A DNA stretch of 64,000 nt from Octopus sinensis (Eukaryota). The first letter of the stretch is position 1. Every line of letters starts with the position of its first letter. Shown piece by piece: positions 26,538-39,885 of this stretch. The notes under the pieces are model-generated. The model had not been told where the DNA came from, did not search any database, and was given only the letters and a program-made list of their open reading frames with translations. A program made the position numbers and the translations under genes. The DNA lies in NCBI RefSeq assembly GCF_006345805.1, contig NC_043001.1, positions 4,092,001-4,156,000 on the forward strand. Reading direction: 5' to 3'.

Positions 26538-26949
26538 AGGAATGGCTGTGTGGTAAGTAGCTTGCTTACGAGCCACATGGTTTCGGGTTCAGTCCCACTG
26601 CGTGGCACTTTGGGCAAGTGTCTTCTACTATAGCCTCAGGCCTACCAAAGCCTTGTGAGTGGATTTGGTAGACGGAAACTGAAAGAAGCCCGTTGTTTAT
26701 ATGTATATAAATATATATATATGTATGTGTGTATATGTTTGTGCGTCTGTGTTTGTCCCCCTAGCATTGCTTGACAACCGATGCTGGTGTGTTATGACCC
26801 CGTCATCTAGCGGTTCGGCAAAAAAGACCGATAGAATAAGTACTGGGCTTACAAAGCATAAGTACCGGGGTCGAATTAATCGATTAAAGGCGGTGCACCA
26901 GCATGGCCGCAGTCAAAATGACTGAAACAAGTAAAAATAGAAAAAGAGA
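26538..26949 (+). mobile_element. SINE family B, full length (tRNA head, CORE-like domain, internal microsatellite, tail)
   Basis: A-box-like TGGCTGTGTGG, B-box GGTTCAGTCCC, CTTTGGGCAAGTGTC, tail GCATGGCCGCAGTCAAAATGACTGAAACAAGTAAAA; near-identical to the reverse complement of 29130-29536. Confidence 0.92.
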
Positions 26950-27349
26950 GATTTCTGATCAAAGAATGAAACTCTATCTGAAATTGAACTGTAAAATGTC
27001 TTCGGTACTTTAACTCCAAATGTACTCGGAAGATAGAGACGAGCGCTTCGATGTTGTTCAAATAAACTCAGCCCACCTCTTGTTGCATAAATCCTGCCTG
27101 CCATAAAACACTGGAGATGGTGATATTGCAGCTGGCGATCTGCTGTCAGCAGCAGCAGAATTGAATGACCCACAATGCAAGGTGTAGTTTAATGATGACA
27201 GACTTTCATTCTGTTATTGAAAGCTACAGAGCATGTGTTTTATACTTTGTTGACTCGACTCATTTCAGCATTTATTGCTAATTATTTCTTGAAATTTCTT
27301 GGGAATGCAATTTTGTAAAGAGGTATGGGCAACATCACTTTTATTTGCA

Positions 27350-27710
27350 TGATTAATTAGCGAAATAATCTGTTTAGAAAATACATTATTTGTTCAATTT
27401 CATGATATTTTCCTATTTCGCTATCGAAGAATATCGTGTAATCTCTAAACAACATGTGTCCTGCAGTGGAAAATTTGGGAATCCTGCTTGTATAATAGTT
27501 TTGCTGAGGGATCCATTTACCCTTGCTGTCGCTCATACAATAATCCCATAGCGCGAGCGTGTTTATCTTAGATTCTAACTCACATTGACAAAGAATATTT
27601 TTACAAGAAATGCAAATCTGTTAATTGACAAACGTTTCACCTGAACAATTCTGTCAATTGTCGACTGTTTTCATTTCATAACTTCTTAAAGTGACAAATA
27701 TTAATATTTT
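27350..27710 (+). repeat. Ancient dispersed repeat, copy 3 of 3 (most diverged)
   Basis: GTATAATAGTTTTG, CATTTACCCTTGCTGTC, TTACAAGAAATGCAAATCTGT and CATTTCATAACTT match copies 1 and 2. Confidence 0.65.
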
Positions 27711-28395
27711 GTTTTTACTTTTCGCCTTCCATTTGTCTTATGTTGTAAATTTGCAAAGACAAAAATAAGAAACATTTTCAAACGAAATATCAATATGCTT
27801 GAAAAATATTTCAAATAATTTTCTGAAATTATCAAGTGTATAAAAATAAATTTAAAAATAAATATACTGAATAAAACTTGACAGAACACGAAAGTAAGGA
27901 TACGAAGTCAATAGAAGCAATTTTTCCGCAATGCTTCAGGCAGGTATATAAGCAAAGTGTTTGCAAAATATATAATGAAAAAAAAAAAGAAAAAAAAAAA
28001 GGATTAATCACCATTCTAGCTGAAAATCAAAGGGGGAACTGTTTTTCCGAAAATAGTAACTGATGATGGCCTGATATGTGATGAAGGTATTTTTGTCTTA
28101 TTAAAACATTGCCTAAAGGCTATGTAAGGATTTAGTTTTTAAAACAATACAATAACTAGTGATAAAAAACAAAACCACATTAAACAGAGGTAAGTGACCA
28201 TGACATTATGGGGTGTTGAACATTTTAAAATAGCCATGGTTTCATTGAAGTATTTATTAATTAGCGTCAGGAAGGTCCCAGTTTTGTTGACTGAGAGTTT
28301 TGATGGAGGAACTGGAACAGTTTATCTTTATTTTCCTGAGTCTCTTCCTGTTTAAGAGCGAGCAGTGATTACCCCTTTAACATATACATATATAT

Positions 28396-28457
<62 letters not shown>

Positions 28458-28469
28458 TATATATATATA

Positions 28470-28607
28470 CTCATTTCTCAGTGATTCGATGCCCACCAAC
28501 TGGTCATTATAATGGAAATGTAGACCTGTTGAAGATTTCTCCATCCGCCAGGTCTACATTTCCATTATAATGACCAGTTGGTGGGCATCGAATCACTGAG
28601 AAATGAG
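28470..28607. mobile_element. Perfect 59-bp-arm hairpin element inserted in (TA)n; TA-targeting MITE-like
   Basis: 28470-28528 and 28549-28607 are exact reverse complements with a 20-nt loop and (TA)n on both sides. Confidence 0.85.
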
Positions 28608-28622
28608 TATATATATATATAT

Positions 28623-28660
<38 letters not shown>

Positions 28661-28679
28661 AGACCACTCATATGATATG

Positions 28680-28767
28680 TCTTCTTCTTCTTCTTCTTCT
28701 TCTTCTTCTTCTCTTTCTTCTCCTTCTTCTTCTTCTTCTTCTCCTTCTTATTCTTCTTCTTCTGCTT

Positions 28768-28814
<47 letters not shown>

Positions 28815-28890
28815 GCTACTACTACTCACCATTCTTCTTTTTCCTCTTCTTCTTCGTCGTCGTCGTCGTAATCACCATCATCATCATCAA
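28680..28890. repeat. Compound (TCT)n/(ACT)n/(CGT)n/(CAT)n microsatellite
   Basis: Direct reading. Confidence 0.95.
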
Positions 28891-29129
28891 AACATGAGCG
28901 TTGTTTTCTCAGGTCCTAAAACTCCGAGACACACTTCTATAGCGCAGAAGAGACCGACATCACACCTCTTCACCGCTTAGTCATTCAGTTTTCATCGGAA
29001 GGAACTGGAGCAACGTGCAATGCAGTTGTTTCTTGAAGAGCTCCATGCTCGCTTCCTGAATCGAAACTGCGTTCTGGTAATTATGAGTCGAACAACACAA
29101 GTCGTAGGCAACGTGAATTCACTACTATT

Positions 29130-29536
29130 ACTCTTTTTACTCTTTTACTTGTTTCAGTCATTTGACTGCGGCTATGCTGGAGCACCGCCTTTAATCGAGC
29201 AACTCGACCCCGAGACTTATTCTTTTGTAAGCCCAGTACTTATGCTATATGGTCTCTTTTGCCGAACCGCTAAGTAACGGGGACGTAAACACACCAGCAT
29301 CGATTGTCAAGCAATGCTAGGGGAACAAACACAGACACACAAACACACACACGCATATATATATATACATATATACGACGGGCTTCTTTTCAGTTTCCGT
29401 CCACCAAATCCACTCACAAAGCTTTGGTCGGCCCGAAGCTATAGTAGAAGGCACTTGCCCAAGGTCCCACGCAGTGGGACTGAACCCGGAACCATGTGGT
29501 TGGTAAACGAGGTACTTACCACACAGCCACTCCTGG
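29130..29536 (-). mobile_element. SINE family B, full length
   Basis: Reverse complement of 26538-26949. Confidence 0.92.
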
Positions 29537-29756
29537 GTAGTGATCGGGTAGTGATTAAATAGAAGCGCTCTGAACATGCCTCCTACCAAAGTGGGGACAT
29601 AGGCTGAGTGTTCGAAATTCGGTGGAAAGAGTGCATTTCGTTGGAATAGAACACACGGTACCTTGTTTCAATTTCAGCGCGGGATTTTTCTAGCAAGAAA
29701 GAGTAGCAATATTAAGAGTGGGAGACGGGTAAATCGGAAATTATGAGGGTGAGGAG

Positions 29757-30138
29757 TGGAGGCGCAATGGCCCAGTGGTTAGGGCAGCGGACTCGCGGTC
29801 ATAAGATCGCGGTTTCGATTCCCACACCGGGCGTTGTGAGTGTTTATTGAGTGAAAACACCTAAAGCTCCACGAGGCTCCGGCAGGGGATGGTGGTGATC
29901 CCTGCTGTACTCTTTCACCACAACTTTCTCTCACTCTTACTTCCTGTTTCTGTTGTACCTGTATTTCAAAGGGCCGGCCTTGTCACTCTCTGTGTCACGC
30001 TGAATATCCCCGAGAACTACGTTAAGGGTACGTGTCTGTGGAGTGCTCAGCCACTTCCAAGTTAATTTCACGAGCAGGTTGTTCCGTTGATTCGGATCAA
30101 CTGGAACCCTCGTCGTCGTAACCGACGGAGTGCTTCCA
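29757..30138 (+). mobile_element. SINE family C, full length
   Basis: tRNA-like head GGAGGCGCAATGGCCCAGTGGTTAGGGCAGCGGACTCGCGGTC...GGTTTCGATTCCC; homologues at 25271, 42195 and 58059. Confidence 0.92.
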
Positions 30139-30325
30139 ACCATTAATGAGGGTGAGGTGATGAGAACCCGTTCTTATTCTTTCAATGTAATAATGGAAGT
30201 GACGCACTCAGAGACAGTGCTACCATTGGCCGGTATTAGAGAATATACACGTAGCAACATTATAAAAACGCTTATAGACAGGCGCTCACAAACACACACA
30301 AACACGAACATACATATATTCACGA

Positions 30326-30373
<48 letters not shown>

Positions 30374-30562
30374 ACTTATATATAGACATATAGACATAGG
30401 CATGCATGCTTTATATATATGCGATCGTAGCGAAATAAAACATAAAATTCAGGGGAAGAGAATTCCTCAGAAATAAAATTTATACTCAACAACCAGTAAT
30501 GAGTGTTCCCTTAACGTTTGAACATGTATTATACGTGTACATGTCTTTCTATATTAATACGC

Positions 30563-30650
<88 letters not shown>

Positions 30651-33600
30651 GTATGTATATGTATGTATATATGTATATATATATATGTATGTGTGTATAT
30701 ATATATATATAGACACACATACACATATACATATATATGTTGATGTCTACACACACACACACGCAAACACACATATATATACACATGCATAAACATATGT
30801 ATATATATATGTTATATATGTGTGTCTGTATGTGAGCCTGCGTGTGTGCGCGCAAACTTGTACAGTTTCGCGTATACTCTACTTCAAAATAAATATTAAT
30901 CATATGCCAGTAGTTAATTACTTCAAGAAATAATTAACTTTGCAATATAAAAAAAAGTCTATAACTTAAGAAAATAAATTTAAAATATTTTTTTTTTCAT
31001 TTTAGTATTTCTATTATTATTTTTTTTTTTACTCTTTCACAAAAGCTTTTTAATTGACATCTTTGAAATTATATTAAATTCACTGCAAATTCTGTGAAGT
31101 GAGGAACTCTGGTGACATCTGATGAGAAGTAATCTACCCCATCTCCATAAATTGCTGAGAAAATTCCATCAAATATTTACTGAGCGTATTTTAATTGTAT
31201 TACAAGAAAACTGAGATGATAATGGAAAACATCTATTATCACATCTCGGTATAGAAACTTTGCAACAAAAGAAAAAATACTGGATACAGTTTCAATAAAG
31301 AACTTCACTGTCTGATTGGTTAAGTTAGTGTACTGATAATCCACTAGTAAAGAGCGCTGTCAACAGAATTTTATTATGCTTTTAAGCAATACACACAAGT
31401 TAAACATTAATCCAATTCTAACAACTTGCCTAGCTTAAAGTTAAATACCACGGCTTGTTTCAATGGCTAACAATGACGAAATCACACACACACACTCTCC
31501 TCTGCATTGCAGTGAAATTAATAATTCACTCACAACTCTTCAAATTGCACACCTGCACTGTCTTTTACCAATAACAACACCACCATAACAGTAACAACAA
31601 TAAAGAAAGGAAACCAGCAAGAGATCTTATATAAAGCTACTTTATCTTATAGAATTAACACACAAATTTTATAGCATCTAAAGGACCTTCATATAGCCAC
31701 TAGACATAATACAAAGAGTACATAAATTAACCATGTAGTCACCTTTAGAACGACATTCATCATACGTCTATGTATTCACAGCTGGCATTTGGTTCAACAG
31801 CAGTCAAATGAAAAAAACGCCGAAATATTATTAATACAAAAATAGTATTTATGCGGGACACGGATATTGTTAATGTTCTTGAGTATCTGCATTTAGATGA
31901 CTATCAGCTGCTCCTTAATAGCTGAAAACGAGAGCGTTGTTAGCAATAATAAATGATAAGCTCAGCGAAAATCACCGATGGAAATATAACGCGGTAGACT
32001 TAGCACATCGCTTGCTTTCGGTGCTCACCTTACCTTTTGCCATAAACTTATCCTTGCACCTAGCTCTTTCGGGTATTTAGCATATTAAATTTTGTTTGTA
32101 AGTTTCGAAGTCTTTCCCCAGACTCATTGTAACTTTTCGTCTTCCTCCCAATTGATTTTCACATATTGACGAATGCTGAGGATGTCACCTTCCTCTGATC
32201 AAACTTACACAACTATACTTAACACTCAGCCCTCATTTACCCACGTGTGGCTCAATACCCACGTGTGGCCCTGAAATTAAAGATTTATTTAGTATCTTTT
32301 AGCATGGTAAACGATATCTGTGAATTTTGAGATTATGACTGAAGCGCTAACAATGAAGCGCTCTTATTCTTAGTGCATCAGTCACACAAAAAAGAATAGG
32401 ATAACCGTTATTCTATCTTCTAATGTACCCCGACTCTTGTAACTATAGCGCGAAATAAACACTAATTACACAGATTCACACCTATTACGATCACAGTAAA
32501 ACTGATGTTATTCTAAAATTCAATCGATATTCCTAATCAATATCCACGTGGATCACTTGTTTGCAACGCGCACTCAATAAGAAAATCATTAAAAGGCATT
32601 CACAGAAAACATGCTTTTGTGAATAGGCAAATTCCATTTATAAAGAGGCTATTTCACTTTTTCAGAATATCAAGGTGAAATATGAGAAAGATTTGTTTGC
32701 TAACTTTTACACTAAGAAAATACAAAAACTTTGTGTGATAGAGACATTGATATATTTTGTTTATCCTCACAGTTTAAAAACTACAAACAATCAATGTCTC
32801 TTCTGCTTTGTCTTGTATGGTTAGCAACCACGTAATTTTTCTGTTTTTCTTGTAAATGTTGCAATTTCCGACAAAGTTTTTGCAAGATTTCTTTTTGTGT
32901 CTTATCCTCTTTAAGTTGCCATAGGGTAGTTTAGGAAGATTTTGTTGCTATTTGGAAGATATCAAAGGGCGAATCACTCCTCTCATTGATCGCTTTGTTA
33001 TCAATTTGCGCAAGTGGTTTCAGTTTATTTCTTTCATAGTGACAATTAATCTGATACATTTGTTTTCTTGTCCGAATTCTTGCGCAATTTTAAGCGTTTC
33101 TAGCGTTGCTTTTGCTGTTTCATATCAGGTCACTGCGTACAAGAAACCTGAACATAGAAATCCAAATGTTATTCCTGGAAAAGTGTTCTTAGGAACTTAT
33201 TATCTGATATATAATTTGTTTAAAGTTACAATAATAGTTTTACTTGCTATTTCCAGCAGATCGTGAGACTCACCACAAGTTCACTTGTTGCTTCGTAGCC
33301 ATTATTGATTTTTGCTGCTGCATCATATGCATTTTGGTTTTAATATGCATTTTGGATCCGGCAGAACAGCATCAATTATTGTCAGAGGTGGTATTAGTTC
33401 CAAATGAATACGTTTGTGTGTCTCAAAGCTAGAACACAAAGGTCAGATACTAGTAAGAAAAGTAAAAACAATCTACTTATGCCGAGTCCAAATGGTTTGC
33501 GTCAGCAGAGATTTTTCGCTCATAAAGAGTTTAAGGGAGAACAATCCTGGAGGCAATTGATTGTGAGTTAAACCAATTTAATCTTTCTTTTATACACACG

Positions 33601-33829
33601 GGAAAAGGGACTACCAGATGTAAATGGCAATACCAAAATACCCCTGCTTTTTTAAATTTTTACATGCTAATGAAACACTTATCTTTAAACCATTAAAAAC
33701 TGGCTTAGCCATCCTACATAACAAGAAGATATTTTCGCTCGAAGAAACGAAAGAAAATCTCTTGTTTTACGAGAAAAAGATTCTCCAGTTTCTTGCTGAA
33801 CACTCGTGCGTAAATGATTGCTTATAGTA

Positions 33830-34040
33830 CTCAAATGCCTGTGCTGTACATGAGCTCCCCGGAGTCGACATTACCTTTGCAGGTACGCGGTGTAGTAGAC
33901 GCCAGGCGTCGAAGTGTTTGCAGACCAGCTTGAGATGAAGTATTTTTCTCAAGAAGAAAACATACCTCCCCGTCCAAGAATTGAAACCGCGTTTTCGCAA
34001 TCGTGATTTCAAAATCCTAATCACTGCTTCATTCGCCCTC
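33830..34040 (-). mobile_element. Diverged tRNA/CORE-type SINE head
   Basis: The minus strand gives GGCGAATGAAGCAGTGATTAGGA...GGTTTCAATTCTTGG...TTCTTGAGAAAAATACTT (A-box, B-box and CORE-like segment). Confidence 0.45.
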
Positions 34041-34078
34041 ACTTTATTACATTAAAATATCAGAGAAGTAGAATTTGT

Positions 34079-34514
34079 GGGTCTTTTCGGTTTGAATGGC
34101 AGTTTTTAACATAATTTCTAGGTAACTAAATAAATTTAAACTTCGTATACTGGTACAATGTGTTTATAAAACATCTTTTTCTCTTGGCTTTATTGAGAAA
34201 ATTCAATTGTTTGTAAGATATTTGTTGTTTTTGCTCTTCAATTTCTGCAATTTCAACCAATCAATTACGTCCATTGGGGTAAAAAAAACATTCTGTGCCG
34301 TATGAATATATTCCTCGTTTAAGAAACAGGTTGGGTTTATTTACATTTCTGAAGAAAAAAAGATACCCTTCCTCTCATCTCTAACCCTAATCCTAAACCT
34401 AACCGTAACCCTAAAACAGATAGAAATGCAACAGATCGATACTAGGGTCATAATTATGGATGGCAATTTCATATGACATCGCTAGACAAACTGCCGTTCA
34501 AACCGAAATGATCC
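34079..34514. mobile_element. 436-bp non-autonomous DNA transposon (MITE) with 27-bp TIRs and an 8-bp TSD; Merlin- or hAT-like
   Basis: Left TIR GGGTCTTTTCGGTTTGAATGGCAGTTT versus right (reverse complement) GGATCATTTCGGTTTGAACGGCAGTTT. GAATTTGT is duplicated at 34071-34078 and 34515-34522. Confidence 0.9.
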
Positions 34515-36451
34515 GAATTTGTATCATAAAGTATTTCGGAACTTATTTTGCAGCCAAATGTAAACCAAATTCACTAAAAAAATACAAGTAAAAAACAATC
34601 CATGTACGTTGTAAAGTGGGAAATGCAAAACAGAGAGAACGCTGAAGGCCGTGAGATTCTTTGTCTTTCCATAGAAAAACGTGGACAGGTCAATAAGAAA
34701 ACAAAAGAGAGTCACTTATTTATACTGTTGTTGCGCTCTTGTGTCTATACCAGTTTCTAAATTTGAATACACACACGCACACACATATTATCTTCATTTG
34801 GTGTTTCAGCGTTAAGCATGGAGAAAATACAACTTGTATGAGATTAGATTATATCCCGTCGAATGAATCTCAACGATATTGGATGAGTTATGCTTGAAGG
34901 AAATGCTGAATACAGTTTCGGTATGTTAATTACTGTAATGAAAATAGGAGCGGATTCAAAGTGTTACACCAAATATTTCTCATTGAGTGTTATTATGTTG
35001 AGAACATTAATGGTTTCTGCTACACACCTTAGAAGACCGCGGTGTACGGATCGAATAGAGGTAAGAATAATTACGAATGTACAACTTCAAAACATTCATC
35101 TGACTACAACATGTTTGAGATAAAGATTGCATTAACTGATACGTCCTTTCGTAACTTAAGAGATTCGAATGTGGTATGAAGGAAACTGGGCTGCTATTAC
35201 TAGGGATTAGGGCAACCGGGTACAGCTTCTTCATCTGTTACCAGGTAAGTCCTTCATATTTAACAGCGTAGCTAGCTGCTTAATGCAAAAATCTATTGTA
35301 AAATTAATTTCAAATGTAGCAAAGAAAAATGCAAAGAACATAATTTTACTAATGAATTCTATTTAGTTATATAATATACTGTTTGTACATAATTAGCTAT
35401 AATACACACAATTAACCTTCCTAATGATCTTCGAATTATTGTAGTAAAGTACAAGATATGCCATAATGAAATTAAAGTCGACAATATTTTTAAAGACGCA
35501 AACATTATACCCATATCACATTACTTAATTTTGTCAATTTATATCAAGTTTCAATGTTATTTCATTAGATTAGAAGTGTTTGCATTAATCAATTCGTGTA
35601 CAAGAACATATATACAGAGCATGTAAGTATAGATGAATTGTGTGTGCAAGTATAGTTTGCAAAACCGTATTATATATGATGGTTCGTATGTAAGTTCTTC
35701 CTTTCACATTTGATATAACTTCAATATGATGCGTTCATACACAAACGTGTGAGTATCTGCGTCTGACAAAGAAATAAACTGTTAATTTGTGGCTATGACC
35801 TCAGTAATCCATAGAGAAACGTAAACAAACTGTATTTAGTGCAAAGAAAACGAAGTAATTAGCAATTCATTTCTAAACCGTTCAGCTATTAAGAGCGTAG
35901 GAAATACAGTTATCAGAGCTAATCAAAACGCCTAATCACTTGACTGGCAAATGGTGTTGTCAAGTGCATCAGCTGATTGGCAAAACTAATAATTGATGCA
36001 ACGCCATCTGTGCATTCGAGGCTCATTTCTTGTTGAGAATAAGTGGCAAACACAAACATAAAATTCTTGTTACCAAGGAAACGAAACTATTATTTGTAGA
36101 TATGGATGCCTCGATGGAAACTCAATGTATTAAAAAAAATATGTCTATTCGATGGAAGATGTAGAAAGAGATAACTCGTGATGAAGAGAAAGAGAATATT
36201 AAAGTGAGAGAGAGAGAAAGGGTGAGAGAGTTATATATTATCAGTTGCATTAGTTTCATTAAAGTGTTCTTGTTGAACTCAGCTGTTTACTTTGGATGAT
36301 AAAGCAGGGAAACAGGTGTCAAGTTTTATAGCGGGAAAAAATAATGGTACGTGAGGCAGATATAAAGAAAATGGTATTCATAAACTGCACCAATAAACAT
36401 CAACACACCTATAAACACATACGTACCTATATATATATATATATATATATC

Positions 36452-36527
<76 letters not shown>

Positions 36528-36533
36528 ATATAC

Positions 36534-36723
<190 letters not shown>

Positions 36724-38261
36724 CAACCCACAACCATGTATGTATACACGCTGAAAATAAAATAACGATATAAATAAGCAGTAAGTTTTCTTGTTGATTA
36801 AAAGGAATACAAAAGAAAATATCTTTCAAGGAAAATATTAACATGTTCAAATTGTAAAGTATTTCGTAGGTTGACAAGTAATAAAATGTTCAAAGATACA
36901 CAACCGAGTATACAATGGACGCTCTCCATTCATGTTAAAATATCAACAACGAACAAAACGCCTATCGATTTCTTTACACTTAACTGTAGAAGGCGAATCA
37001 TTAATGTTTTAGAGCCATTGTCATTTAGTTTTTTGCGTAAATTTGAAGAGGAATTACATGTAACCCAGTACACACGCATATACACGTATATACGTTAATG
37101 GAAATGTTTCAACTAAATGAGAATTTGAACTTAGAATCTTACTTAATTGGCTCTCAATTCATTTTATATTTATTAACGGATATCCACGGTGTTTATAAAG
37201 TTGAACTGGAAGAGTGGTTACAGCATCAGGGAAAATAATTTTGCTACCATTTTCCCGGTTTTTCTGTGTTCCGAATTAAAATTTCACCAGGACCATTTAT
37301 GTATCCGGGTTGAAAACTGTACTAAGCCAGTGCTAGTACGTCACTCTATATCTATCTATATCTACCTCCCTCTCGCTTGCGTCCAGTGCATCACATTCTC
37401 AATGTCCCACTGGATCAAGAGTGAAATGGCACCAAGTGGTCCATGAACACCTAAACAAAAGAAATACCATGGAACGTGCTTCCAGATCCGAATAATGGTT
37501 ACAACTTTATGATCTAATGAAATGAAAAGTTTTTCTATGCCTTCTACGAAAATATCTGAATTTCTGCTTCAACACTACGGTCAATATCTATCTATGCAGA
37601 AATCCCATAGATGTCTACAATTATCATCCAAAAACATAGGCAGTGCTCCAGCATGGCAGTAGTCCAATGATTGAAACCATTAAAATAAAAGAAGAGCATC
37701 TAGATCTAACTGATGGCCATACGAATTTGGTATCATTTCAAATCCACTAAGCAGCCTTAAATCCCGATGAGCTCTTTCACTGAAATTCTCATAGCATTGA
37801 ATGTACACTTTTTGGATCAAATTTCTCAACCGCTTAAAGGTTTCGTCTTCATTTCATTGATTCTACATTCGCACTGAGAGATTTATTCAATCTTTGCCTT
37901 TATCAAGTTCGTTCTCAACGGCTATCATCAGCCATTCACTTCCATCAAAGCTTTTCATTTGTCACTCACAGGCAGCGTCCTCACTTTGTTCTATGGATTA
38001 GCAAAGTAATTATGTTTCCTTCCAGCTACAGTTTCAGTTGCTGTTCTACATGTATCTCAATTCTCATTCTCGTTCGTCGCTTTCTTTGATATCTCTCGTC
38101 CCGATCAAATAAATTATGTATCTATATATGCGTGTATGTTTCTATGTATGTGCATAAGTGTGTGTGTGTGTGCGTGTGAGTCTATGAAATTATACTAAAA
38201 GTAATTACGGTGAATAACTGAGCTTCCAACGGAATTATGAGATTATCATATTAATATATAT

Positions 38262-38492
38262 GTTTCTTTATTACCCACAAGGGGCTAAACACAGAGGGGA
38301 CAAACATGGACAGACAAAGGTATTAAGACGATTACATCGACCTCAGTGCGTAACTGGTACTTAATTTATCGACCCCCGAAAGAATGAAAGGCAAAGTCGA
38401 CCTCGGCGGAATTTGAACTCAGAACGTAACGACAGACGAAATACCGTTAAGCATTTCGCCTGGCGTGCTAACGTTTCTGCCAGCTCACCGCC
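38262..38492 (-). mobile_element. SINE family A, full length
   Basis: Reverse complement of 41505-41738. Confidence 0.92.
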
Positions 38493-38592
38493 ATAGAAAG
38501 CAAAATGCACACAGCGACGAAGGTAAAAGTATAACTGATCAAAACCTCAGTATGTATGTATGTATGTATGTATGTATGTATGTATGTATGTA

Positions 38593-38925
38593 TGGACTCA
38601 AGAGGCATCTTCGTAGTCATAAAGCGAGACAGATGAGTGACAACCTGGCCTCTGCTGGTGGTGTAACACACCATGCTAATCATATCTGTCGGACATGTGA
38701 AAAAGAGTGTAATTCGGCAGGAGGACTTAAACATGCAAAGGTAACATAAAGCCCAGTTAAAACTACAGCCGGCTATTACCGGTAAAGGTATCAGTTGCCA
38801 ATTCTGTACAAGGCATTGTAGATCTTTAGCTGGGCTAAAAAGTCACATTCGATCACAGCACCAGTAACAGTTAAGCTTCATGCAATGGCTATATTCGATA
38901 ACGAGAGGGCAGCCAAAATGTATGT
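38593..38925 (+). mobile_element. 3' end of an RTE-like LINE with C2H2 zinc-finger-like C-terminus, between (TATG)n tracts
   Basis: GLKRHLRSH, CRTCEKECNSAGGLK-H and CQFCTRHCRSLAGLKSHIRSQH*, then a short 3' UTR and (TATG)n. Confidence 0.65.
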
Positions 38926-39549
38926 ATGTATGAATATGTACGTATGTGTGTATGTAAGTATGTATGTATGTATGTATGTATGTATGTATGTATGTATGTA
39001 TGTATGTATGTATGTATGTATGTATGTATGTATGTATGTATGCATGTGTGTGTGTATGTATGTATAAATGTTTTCTTGTGTGTTGCATTATTTGAATTTT
39101 CCCTCAGAGGAACGACCAGGTCTTTAACAATGATACAAAGTTCCATCGTTGGAAAATAGATAATTAAATCAATGTCTCATTTTTCGCTTGAGAAACATCT
39201 TGCATATCTTAGCACTTCCACTTAAAGATTGCATTTCTCTTGTGCGAGTTCATTCTTTGATTTCATTCCCTGAAAAGTCTACCTTATCCGTATTGCCTTT
39301 TAGGCATTTACTCACAAAAGCAGCTGCGACAGTTCTTACTAGTATAAATATGAATTTATAATCAGTATATAGGTGATGGGGTTTCAAAACAGATGTCCGT
39401 AGTTATCCTCTTTCCCTTTAATTTTCACGTGTATATGTATGTATGTATGTATTTATGTATGTATGTATGTATGTATGTATGTATGTATGTATGTATGTAT
39501 GTATGTATGTGTGTATGTCTGAATGCATGTTTGTGTGAAGGTGCGTGCC

Positions 39550-39820
39550 GTTGTGTTTGGGTATTCCGCTCAAGACACTAAGGTCATGTGTTCAATTCAC
39601 GGCGGTGCTTTCTGTCCTTCAACAAGACACTTTATTTCGACTAGATCCAGTCCACTCAGTTAAATTACAGGTACTCTGCTGTACCTATAATTTAAAAGGC
39701 CAAAATCTTTAAATTCTGTGTCACGCTGAATTGCCCTCAGATCTACGTTAAAGTATGCGTGTCCATGGAGTGCTCAACCACTTACACGTTAATATCACGG
39801 GTCAGGTTCTTCTGTTGAAG
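39550..39820 (+). mobile_element. Diverged SINE with a CORE-like middle and a family C-type tail
   Basis: GTGTTCAATTC B-box-like, AACAAGACACTTTATTTC and TGTGTCACGCTGAAT...GGAGTGCTCAACCACTTACACGTTAAT. Confidence 0.6.
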
Positions 39821-39885
39821 TGTTAAGGATATGTGGAGAAGGAATGAGATCGCATGTATAAAATCAAATGAAGCACGATAATATG

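Noticed and set aside
33250-33350. Minus-strand first exon ending at a GTG|GTGAGT donor (MHIKTKMHMMQQQ...)
   Set aside because: There is only a donor match and a short unrecognised peptide, which is not enough to call.
38593-38870. Host C2H2 zinc-finger gene
   Set aside because: The fingers lack TGEKP linkers, are frameshifted, and are followed by an RTE-type 3' end and (TATG)n.
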